Positions 56,299 to 64,000 of a stretch of 64,000 bases of DNA are shown piece by piece; positions within the stretch are counted from its first letter, which is position 1; every line of letters begins with the position of its first letter. The DNA lies in the IMG/VR virus record IMGVR_UViG_3300037419_002279, positions 9,183-73,182 of that record; one strand, written 5' to 3'. This DNA is from a virus (Duplodnaviria > Caudoviricetes). A model generated the notes under the pieces. That model searched no databases, was not told where the DNA came from, and was given only the letters and a program-made list of their open reading frames with translations. The position numbers were made by a program, and so were the translations under genes.

Positions 56299-57795
56299 AT
56301 GACCATTGTTGCCTCGCAAATCGTCAACGTTGTCCCCTCGGTCCTTTCATCAGGGGGCACGCCGACATCGACGCAAGGGCTGTTCCTGACATCGGGCGCG
56401 CGGGTGCCGACAGGGCAGGTGTTGTCGTTTCCAACGGCAACGGCGGTCGGCCTGTATTTCGGATTGAGCAGCACCGAATATGCCGCCGCACTGATCTATT
56501 TCGCCGGCTTCACGGGCGCGCAGACCACCCCGGCCGGGATGCTGTTTGCGCAATATCCGACGGGAAATGTCGCCGCCTGGCTGCGCGGGGCAAGCCTGGC
56601 CTCGATGACCTTGACCGCGCTGAAGCTGCTGTCGGGGACGCTGTCGCTGACCGTCAACGGCACGCTCTATACGTCGTCGTCGATCAGCCTGACATCGGCA
56701 ACGTCGTTTTCGAACGCGGCAACGATCATCCAGGCGGCGTTCACCACGCCGAATTTCACCGTCAGCTTCGACAGCACGGCGAGTGCTTTCATCTTCACCA
56801 GCAATACGACGGGCACGGCCAGCACCATCACCGTTGCCGGCGGCACCCTGGCATCGGCGCTCGGGCTGACGGCCGCGGCCGGTGCGGTGACAAGTCAGGG
56901 GGCGAATGCGGCGACGCCGTCGGCCTTCATGACCGCGCTGCTGCTGCAAACCTCGAACTGGGCATCCTTCACGACGCTGTTCGATCCCGACAGCGGATCG
57001 GGCAACACCCAGAAGCTGGCGTTCGCGACATGGAACGGTCAGCAGAACAACGAATACCTGTATATCGCCTGGGACACCGACGTCACGCCGACACTGTCTT
57101 CGACCGCGTCCGGCAGTCTGGGTGCGCTGCTGACGGCGCAGTCGATCAGCGGGACGATGGCGATCTACAGCCCCGACTATACGCTCGCCGTGTTCGCCTG
57201 CGCGATCGGTGCCTCGGTCGATTTCACCCAGGTCAACGGCCGGATCACCTACGCATTCAAGTCGCAGTCGGGCCTGGTGCCGTCGGTCACCGACCCGACG
57301 GTAGCGGCGAATTTGATAAGCAACGGCTATAACTTCTACGGCGCCTATGCGCTCGCCTCGAACAACTGGCAGTTCCTAAACCCGGGCACGATCAGCGGGC
57401 AGTATCGCTGGGCGGATGCCTATCTGAATCAGATATGGCTCAATAACGCCCTGCAACTGGCGTTGATGACACTGCTGACGACGGCGCGGTCGGTCCCCTA
57501 CAACGCGGCCGGCTACGCCATGATCGAGGCGGCGTGCAACGATCCGATTGCGGCCGCGGTCAATTTCGGCGCGATCCGCACCGGCGTGAATCCGTCGGCG
57601 CTGGAAATCGCCGAAATGAACCAGACCGCCGGGATCAAGATCGATCAGGTCATGGCGACCCGCGGCTGGTATCTGCGCATCGGCCAGGCGACGGCGCTGG
57701 TCAGGGGAAACAGGGGTAGTCCGCCGATCGTCTTCTTCTACATGGACGGCGGGTCCGTCCAGATGATCACCCTAAGCAGCGTCGAGGTGCAGTGA
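56299..57795 (+). CDS. Tail sheath protein (DUF3383-type)
   Basis: IVNVVPSVLS, NGYNFYG, WADAYLNQIWL, YMDGGSVQ. Confidence 0.9.
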   Translation: MTIVASQIVNVVPSVLSSGGTPTSTQGLFLTSGARVPTGQVLSFPTATAVGLYFGLSSTEYAAALIYFAGFTGAQTTPAGMLFAQYPTGNVAAWLRGASLASMTLTALKLLSGTLSLTVNGTLYTSSSISLTSATSFSNAATIIQAAFTTPNFTVSFDSTASAFIFTSNTTGTASTITVAGGTLASALGLTAAAGAVTSQGANAATPSAFMTALLLQTSNWASFTTLFDPDSGSGNTQKLAFATWNGQQNNEYLYIAWDTDVTPTLSSTASGSLGALLTAQSISGTMAIYSPDYTLAVFACAIGASVDFTQVNGRITYAFKSQSGLVPSVTDPTVAANLISNGYNFYGAYALASNNWQFLNPGTISGQYRWADAYLNQIWLNNALQLALMTLLTTARSVPYNAAGYAMIEAACNDPIAAAVNFGAIRTGVNPSALEIAEMNQTAGIKIDQVMATRGWYLRIGQATALVRGNRGSPPIVFFYMDGGSVQMITLSSVEVQ

Positions 57796-57796
57796 T

Positions 57797-58225
57797 ATGT
57801 CGATCACCTCAGCCAATGCCGTCCTGATGCTGTCGGTGGCAACCGTATTCCCGACGCCGCAGCAGATCATCGACTTCTCGGTCGACGACGCCTTCGAGAT
57901 CGATCCGATCGAACCGTCCGAAGTCAGGATGGGCGTCGATGGCTACCTGACCGCGGGCTTCGTCTATGTCCCCGTGCCGCTGCGCGTCACCCTGATGGCC
58001 GACAGCCCGTCGATCACCTTCTTCGATCAGTGGTACGCGTCGCAGAAGGCGCAGCAGGACGTCTATGTCTGCAACGGCATCATCCGCATGCTGTCGGTCA
58101 GCCGCAGCTACAACCTCGATACCGGCTACCTGACGTCCTACAGCCCGATCACCAACGCCAAGCGGGTGCTGGATCCGGTGCGCTATCAGATCACCTTCCG
58201 GTCGATCACGGGGGCGCCGGTCTGA
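57797..58225 (+). CDS. Tail tube protein
   Basis: MSITSANA, MGVDG.LTAG, TLMADSPS. Confidence 0.85.
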   Translation: MSITSANAVLMLSVATVFPTPQQIIDFSVDDAFEIDPIEPSEVRMGVDGYLTAGFVYVPVPLRVTLMADSPSITFFDQWYASQKAQQDVYVCNGIIRMLSVSRSYNLDTGYLTSYSPITNAKRVLDPVRYQITFRSITGAPV

Positions 58226-58671
58226 TGCCACGGCGCGAAACGATCTACACGGTCACTGACGAAGGCCGCGACAAAGGCAAGCGGTTTCACCTGACCGAAA
58301 TGCCGGCGAAGAAGGCCGAGGCCTGGGCGATCAAGCTGCTGATGGCGATGGCCCGGCACGGCGTGCCGATCAGTGACGCGCAGCGCGACGCCGGCCTGGC
58401 CTCGCTGGCCGAATTCGGCCCGCAGGCATTGCTGACGATCCCCTGGGAAGATGCCGAACCGCTGCTGGCCGACATGATGTCGTGCGTTGAATACTATGTC
58501 GATCCGAAGCAGCCGATCTATCACCGGCCGCTGACGCCCGATGAAGACGAAATCGACGAAGTCGCCACCCGCGTCGCGCTGCGTTACGAGGTGTTCAAGC
58601 TGCACACGGATTTTTCGCAAGCCGCCGGCCCCTCAACCTCCGACACGGGGATGACGGCGCAGGCGGCGTGA
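58225..58671 (+). CDS. Tail assembly chaperone (gpG-like)
   Basis: GRDKGKRFHLTEMPA..AE.WA, IDEVATR..LRYEVFKLHTDF. Confidence 0.8.
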   Translation: MPRRETIYTVTDEGRDKGKRFHLTEMPAKKAEAWAIKLLMAMARHGVPISDAQRDAGLASLAEFGPQALLTIPWEDAEPLLADMMSCVEYYVDPKQPIYHRPLTPDEDEIDEVATRVALRYEVFKLHTDFSQAAGPSTSDTGMTAQAA

Positions 58672-58853
58672 CCTTCGCGCAGTACCAAAACGTGCCGCCG
58701 GCGATCGGCCTGGTGATTTCCGCACGCCTGGCGACGATGGTCGAACTCGATACCGTACTCGGGGCGGAAGACCTCTACATGCTGCTCGAAATCATCGCCG
58801 TCGACGCGCACAACGAACGCGCGGCCGCGCGTCGCGCGCAGCAGGCCCGCTAA
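58668..58853 (+). CDS. Second tail chaperone segment (gpT-like)
   Basis: LATMVELDTVLGAEDLY.LLEI. Confidence 0.75.
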   Translation: MTFAQYQNVPPAIGLVISARLATMVELDTVLGAEDLYMLLEIIAVDAHNERAAARRAQQAR

Positions 58854-59785
58854 TGGCGTTCACGGCAAAGGTCATCACGCCGACCTTTGTGCTCGGCAAG
58901 AAGCCCCTGCCGGTCGGCGTATCCGGCGCTGACAGCCCGATGGGGGTCTTCGACGGGACGAACAGCAACACCGTCACGCTGACCGGGATCCGTGCGCATG
59001 TCGACGTCGATATCGGCAACGGGCGGGCGATCGCCGCGGCGCAGTGCCGCTTCTACGGCCTGACGCTTGCGATGATGAACCAGCTATCGGTGACGAACCT
59101 TCAGTTCCAGGGGCAGAACACCTATCCGAACGCGCTGCGCGTCGAAGCCGGCGATGCCGAACGCGGCATGGCGCTGGTGTTCAACGGCTTCGTCTTCGAG
59201 AGCTACATCGATGCGATGAATCAACCGGACGTCGCGCTGTGTGTGCAGGCGAATGCCGGCGGCCTGGCCGCGGTCGCGCCGTCAAATGTGCTGAGTTACC
59301 GGTCATCCGTTGATATCGCGACGATCGTCGGCGACGTCGCCGAACGCATGGGCTGGTCTTACGAAACCAACGGCGTCAGCGTGATCCTGCAACGCCCCTA
59401 CCTGTGGGGCTCGCCTATGTCGCAGCTTGAACAAGCCTGCCGCGCGGCGAACGTCGAATACACCGTCGACAGCACGACAAACCCGAATACCCTTGCGATC
59501 TGGCCGAAAGGCTACGGACGCGGGACGACGATCCCTCTTGTGTCGCCCCGCACCGGCATGGTCGCATCCCCGCAGTTTTCCGCAAACGGCATCAGCGTCA
59601 CGACCGAATTCAACCCGGCGATCCGTCACGGGCAATACGTTCAGGTCGAAAGCATGATCGTCAATGCGTCGGGGAAATTCTATGTCCAGGGCGTGCACCA
59701 TACGCTTGATGCCCTAGCCCCGGGCGGCGCCTGGTTCACGACGCTGACCTGCACCTATCAGCCTGACACCAAGCCAGGGGGCTAG
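58853..59785 (+). CDS. Baseplate hub-like protein
   Basis: YGLTLAMMNQLS, GMVASPQF, FNPAIRHG, WFTTL. Confidence 0.7.
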   Translation: MAFTAKVITPTFVLGKKPLPVGVSGADSPMGVFDGTNSNTVTLTGIRAHVDVDIGNGRAIAAAQCRFYGLTLAMMNQLSVTNLQFQGQNTYPNALRVEAGDAERGMALVFNGFVFESYIDAMNQPDVALCVQANAGGLAAVAPSNVLSYRSSVDIATIVGDVAERMGWSYETNGVSVILQRPYLWGSPMSQLEQACRAANVEYTVDSTTNPNTLAIWPKGYGRGTTIPLVSPRTGMVASPQFSANGISVTTEFNPAIRHGQYVQVESMIVNASGKFYVQGVHHTLDALAPGGAWFTTLTCTYQPDTKPGG

Positions 59786-59786
59786 G

Positions 59787-61787
59787 ATGGCCGCAACCGT
59801 CATCGACGCCCTTGTCGTTACCCTGTCGCTGAACGGCAGCCAGTTCCGGCAGGGCTCGGTCCAGGCGCAAGAGCAACTGAAGAAGACCGAGAACCAGGCG
59901 CGCAGGTCGGCCGGCAACATCGAAAAGTCAGCCGCCCAGGCCACCGAATTCTTCCGCAAGCTTCGCAATCAGGTCGCCGCGCTGTCGGCGGCCTATTTGT
60001 CGTTTTCAGGCATCCGCGCCTGGACGGAACGGCTGAACCAGCAGGACGCGGCGCTGGGCCGGTCCGCGACCGCGATGGGTGCCACGACCGAAGGCCTCGC
60101 GGCCCTTGGTGCTGCGACCGAACGCGCCGGCGGCAGCGCGGGCGACATGACGGCGACGATGCGGCGCATGGCGACGCAGGTCCAGGAACTGTCGCTGTAT
60201 GGCACGTCGGACCTCGTTCCCTTCCTGACCCGGCTGAACATCAACATTGCGCAGTTCATCCGGGCGAAGCCGGAAGAACGCATGCGGTTGCTGAACCGCG
60301 CGGTGCAGGGCATGGATCCGCAGCGCGCACGCGCGATCCTCGAAGGGCTGGGCGGCCTGTCCGAAGGTGTTGCGAACCTGGTGCTGATGCCGACCGGGCG
60401 GTTCGACGATCTGATCCGCAAAAGCGGCGAATTGAACAAGGTCACGCGCGAAGACACCGAGGCGGCGATCAGGCGGAAGAATGCCTGGTTGGACTTTACC
60501 GACAGCCTGAACAACGCCTTCCGCCCGATCCTGACCGCCGTCACCCCGCTGCTGGTCGACATCGTCAAGCAGGTGACCGATTGGGTGCAGGGCAGCCGCG
60601 ACTGGCTGCAAACCGGCATCGTCGGCGCTGTCCGCGACTTCCGCGACTTCCTGAAGACGATCGACTGGGAGGCGGTAAAGCAGGGCCTGCATGAAATGTG
60701 GGTCAGGATCAACGCCGTCGTCGAAAAGCTTGGCGGTTGGAATCGGGCCGCCGAAATCGTCCTCGGCCTGTTCGTCATCTCGAAGCTGTCGCCGGTTCTG
60801 ACAGGGCTGGCGGCGCTGACATCGGGGATCGCGCTTGTCTCGGGCGCGTTAAGCAGTCCCGTCGTGCTGGCCGCGATAGCCGCCTGGATGGCCTATTACG
60901 AGGCGACGCAGCGGTTCAAGCTGCCGGAAAGCGCGCAGGAATACGATCAGCAGATGCGCCGCCTCGCACCCGGCAGCCCGCTCTGGCGCGGCATCCCCGA
61001 AGAAGATCAGTCGAATTACGTCAACAGCCCGCGCAGCCAGGAATTCCTCGAATGGTCGCGCAAGTACCTGAAAGGCTCGCAGCCCGGCTTCCTGCAACGC
61101 ATGCGCGATCGCATCTTCGGCCCGAAGGCGGCATCGTTCAGCGGATCGCAGAGCGAGTTCTACGACCAGGCGTATCAGGCGGTCCTGACCGCGGCGCGGG
61201 CGCAAGGCGTCGAGAACCCCGAAGCGATCGCGCGCCTCGGTGCAGCCCAGGCGGCGAACGAAAGCGGCTACGGCCGGCACGCGCCGAACAACAACTACTT
61301 CGGCATCAAAGGGCCGGGTGGGCAGCAGACGACGCAGGAATTCGTCAACGGCCGCTGGGTGACGACGCAGGCGAATTTCCGCGGCTACGGGTCGCTCGAA
61401 GAAAGCGCCGCGGACTATGTCCGATTCTTGCGGGAAAACCCGCGCTATCGCGGCGTCCTGGCGGCGAAGACGGCCGATGAAGCCATCGCCGCGCAGGGCC
61501 AGACGGGATATGCAACCGACCCGGCCTACGGTGCAAAGCTTGCGGCGATTGATGCAACGCGCGCGGCCCGGCTGCGCGAAGCCCAGGCCCTGGCGCGCCA
61601 GGCGCCCTACGGCAGCGGCCGCTGGGACAGCCCGGCCGCCGGCGGGACGTCCGCCACAGAAGTGCATGTCAACGGCCCGATCACCGTCAACGGGGCGAAG
61701 GATGCCGACCAGACGGCGAAGATGCTGACCGCGGCACTGCACAAGCGGGTGGGTGATCTGATGGCGTTCAACTACGGGCTCGCCTGA
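59787..61787 (+). CDS. Tape measure protein with C-terminal GH73 (FlgJ-like) glucosaminidase
   Basis: ATVIDALVVTL; AQAANESGYG..NNYFGIK...YATDPAYGAKL. Confidence 0.85.
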   Translation: MAATVIDALVVTLSLNGSQFRQGSVQAQEQLKKTENQARRSAGNIEKSAAQATEFFRKLRNQVAALSAAYLSFSGIRAWTERLNQQDAALGRSATAMGATTEGLAALGAATERAGGSAGDMTATMRRMATQVQELSLYGTSDLVPFLTRLNINIAQFIRAKPEERMRLLNRAVQGMDPQRARAILEGLGGLSEGVANLVLMPTGRFDDLIRKSGELNKVTREDTEAAIRRKNAWLDFTDSLNNAFRPILTAVTPLLVDIVKQVTDWVQGSRDWLQTGIVGAVRDFRDFLKTIDWEAVKQGLHEMWVRINAVVEKLGGWNRAAEIVLGLFVISKLSPVLTGLAALTSGIALVSGALSSPVVLAAIAAWMAYYEATQRFKLPESAQEYDQQMRRLAPGSPLWRGIPEEDQSNYVNSPRSQEFLEWSRKYLKGSQPGFLQRMRDRIFGPKAASFSGSQSEFYDQAYQAVLTAARAQGVENPEAIARLGAAQAANESGYGRHAPNNNYFGIKGPGGQQTTQEFVNGRWVTTQANFRGYGSLEESAADYVRFLRENPRYRGVLAAKTADEAIAAQGQTGYATDPAYGAKLAAIDATRAARLREAQALARQAPYGSGRWDSPAAGGTSATEVHVNGPITVNGAKDADQTAKMLTAALHKRVGDLMAFNYGLA

Positions 61788-62428
61788 TGGCCGGCGGCCT
61801 GCCCGCGCTGATCAATGCGGCGAACACCGCGCAGTTGCTGTTTGCCGATGCGCGGCTGATCGCGAACCTGTTCGGCCCGCCCGCCTGGGGGCTCTATCTG
61901 AATGGCCAGCAGGTCATTCAGCCGGACGCGATCCTCGATATCGAAGTCCGCGCCGACTGGCGGGTGTCCGATTATCCGCAGGAGCAGGGCGCGTTCGCGT
62001 CCTACAACAAGGTCGCCGAACCCTGGGATGTGCGCCTGCGCTTTGCGAAAGGCGGCGCGCTGACCGGCCTGCCGGGGCTGCTCGGGCGGCCGATATCGTC
62101 GGCGCTGGGGCTGACCGGCGGGCCGGACGTCGCCGGCACGCTGCAAACCCTGACGGCGCTGGCCGGCACAACAACCCTGGTCGCCGTCGTCACCCCGCAG
62201 CAAACATTGACCTCGATGACGGTCGAGCATTTCGACTACCGGCGCAGCGCGGCATCCGGCGTGTCGCTGCTGACCGTCGATGTCTGGCTACGCCAGATCC
62301 GGGTCACCGCGGGCGCGGCCTTTACCAGCACCACCGCGACGCCGTCGGGGGCGGATGCCGCATCGACCGGGTCCGTGCAGCCGCAAACCGCCGATAACTT
62401 TGACCCGGCAAACGTCGTCGAGACCTGA
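61787..62428 (+). CDS. Baseplate/tail tube initiator-like protein
   Basis: SDYPQEQGAFASYNKV. Confidence 0.75.
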   Translation: MAGGLPALINAANTAQLLFADARLIANLFGPPAWGLYLNGQQVIQPDAILDIEVRADWRVSDYPQEQGAFASYNKVAEPWDVRLRFAKGGALTGLPGLLGRPISSALGLTGGPDVAGTLQTLTALAGTTTLVAVVTPQQTLTSMTVEHFDYRRSAASGVSLLTVDVWLRQIRVTAGAAFTSTTATPSGADAASTGSVQPQTADNFDPANVVET

Positions 62429-62733
62429 TGCTGATCATCCCGATCCGTGACGTCTATGCGCAGTCCGTCGACGTCACCGTCGGCGGCCAGGCGTGCACCC
62501 TGCTTCTGCGGCAGAAGTCGACCGGGTTTTTCTGCTCGCTCTATGTCGACGGCACGCTGATCATCGGCGGCGTCATCTGTCAGAACCGCAACCGGATCGT
62601 GCGCGATGCCTATCTGGGCTTTGTCGGGGACTTCGTGTTTTTCGACACGTCCGGCGCCGGGGCGGATCCGTCATCACCGGGCCTGGGCACGCGGTTCCTG
62701 CTGTTCTACCTCGATCCGGCAGACATCCCGTGA
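62428..62733 (+). CDS. Small baseplate protein
   Basis: QACTLLLRQ, YLGFVGDFVFFDT. Confidence 0.75.
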   Translation: MLIIPIRDVYAQSVDVTVGGQACTLLLRQKSTGFFCSLYVDGTLIIGGVICQNRNRIVRDAYLGFVGDFVFFDTSGAGADPSSPGLGTRFLLFYLDPADIP

Positions 62734-63410
62734 GCGACGCGGGCATCGGCTATGCCGGCACCGGCGATGCGACGTCGGATGTCTCGGCGATGCAGTTCTT
62801 CGTCCGCTCGATGCTGGCGCGCGTGCGCACGACGATCCTGGTGCGCGTCCAGGCGGTCAGCACCGCCGGCGGGCTTGCCCCCGCAGGCACCGTCGATGTC
62901 CTGCCGCTTGCGAACCAGCAGGACGGGGCGGGCAATATCGTCCCGCATGCGACGATCTACGGCTGCCCCTATTCGCGCATGCAGGGCGGGGCGAACGCGA
63001 TCATCCTCGATCCGCAGGTCGGCGATATCGGCATCGCCTGCTTCGCCGATCGCGACATATCGAGCGTCATCGCCAATAAGGGGCCGGCGAACCCGGGCAG
63101 CCGGCGGATGCACGACATGGCCGACGGCCTCTACGTCGGCGCCTGTCTGAACGGCACGCCGTCGCAGTTCGTGCAGTTCAACAGCAGCGGGATCACGCTG
63201 ACCAGCCCGGTGCAGGTGACCATCAACGCGCCGCTGATCGCACTGAACGGCCAGGTGACGCAGACACAGGGCACCGCGGCGACCGGGGCTGTATCACTGC
63301 AAGGCCCGGTGTCGGTCACCAACGATCTCACGGCGTCGGGCACATCGGTGCATACGCATCACCACGGCGGCGTGCAGACCGGCGGCGGCACCACGGGGGT
63401 ACCGATATGA
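62730..63410 (+). CDS. Baseplate central spike (Gp138/gpV-like)
   Basis: DPQVGDIGIACFADRDIS; HTHHHGGVQTG apex. Confidence 0.85.
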   Translation: MSDAGIGYAGTGDATSDVSAMQFFVRSMLARVRTTILVRVQAVSTAGGLAPAGTVDVLPLANQQDGAGNIVPHATIYGCPYSRMQGGANAIILDPQVGDIGIACFADRDISSVIANKGPANPGSRRMHDMADGLYVGACLNGTPSQFVQFNSSGITLTSPVQVTINAPLIALNGQVTQTQGTAATGAVSLQGPVSVTNDLTASGTSVHTHHHGGVQTGGGTTGVPI

Positions 63411-63757
63411 GCGCGACGATATATCTCGACCCCCTCGGATGGGACCTGGTGATCGATGCGACCGGCAGCATCGCTATGGCGTCCGATCCCTACAGCCTGG
63501 CGCAAGATGCCGCGTCCGCGGTGCGCGCGTTCGAGGGCGAGGTTTGGTACGACACGACGGCCGGCGTGCCCTACTGGACGCAGATCCTGGGTCACCCGGT
63601 GCCGCTGTCGCTGATCCGCGAAGCGATCCGCACCGCCGCGCTGACCGTGCCCGGCGTCACCGGGGCGGCGGTCTATTTCGACGGCCTGGCCGATCGGCGG
63701 CTGACCGGGCAGGTACAGGTCAGTAGCGCGACCGGGACCGCGGCTGCGACGTTCTGA
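63407..63757 (+). CDS. Baseplate wedge (gp25/GPW-like)
   Basis: GEVWYDTTAGVPY, VPGV. Confidence 0.8.
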   Translation: MSATIYLDPLGWDLVIDATGSIAMASDPYSLAQDAASAVRAFEGEVWYDTTAGVPYWTQILGHPVPLSLIREAIRTAALTVPGVTGAAVYFDGLADRRLTGQVQVSSATGTAAATF

Positions 63758-64000
63758 TGTCCGGCAGCACTTCAGTCCCGCAGCCGACCTTCGGGCCGAC
63801 CGGCTTCGTCGCGCCCGCGGAATCGGACATCCTGACCGGGCGGCAGGCGGATTTCGATGCCGCGTTCGGCACGACCCTCAATCACAGCCTGACCACGCCG
63901 CAGGGGCAGCTTGCGTCATCGGACGCGGCGATCATCGGCGACTGCTACGATCAGTTCACCGCCTTAGCGAACGGCGTCGACCCGGCCTACGCCGCCGGGC
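63757..64000 (+). CDS. Baseplate J-like protein (3' truncated)
   Basis: MSGSTSVPQPTFGPTGF...TPQGQLASS. Confidence 0.8.
   Translation, partial: MSGSTSVPQPTFGPTGFVAPAESDILTGRQADFDAAFGTTLNHSLTTPQGQLASSDAAIIGDCYDQFTALANGVDPAYAAG

Overview
The whole window is one high-GC tailed phage genome, read in circularly permuted order. It starts inside the tail-fibre module and ends inside the baseplate J-like gene. The structural module is myovirus-like: DUF1073-type portal, MuF, DUF2213 prohead protein, DUF2184-type capsid, DUF3383-type sheath and baseplate. There is a divergent CI/Cro-like immunity switch, an ERF recombinase, and a lambda-O-like initiator with internal iterons. No integrase was recognised. 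GapR-like, DUF3309-like and DUF6456-like genes suggest an alphaproteobacterial host (inference). All family names come from motif recognition by eye, not from database searches. The strongest candidates for new biology are three: (1) five tandem, un-called 36-38 aa ORFs at 10781-11400, each a signal peptide followed by a tiny C-x-G-(P/S)-N-C peptide, which could be a phage-encoded secreted cyclic-peptide signalling or exclusion system; (2) a 947 aa ParB + split DNA methyltransferase with a PLP-dependent enzyme domain and a Cys-rich domain inserted into it, a possible new DNA hypermodification enzyme; (3) a portal-adjacent effector cassette (portal C-terminal extension, NUDIX + HipA/PI4K-like kinase, Arg-type ADP-ribosyltransferase) in which the portal and the ART share an HPRDxxGKFTSG tag. 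Several dispersed regulatory motifs are also visible.
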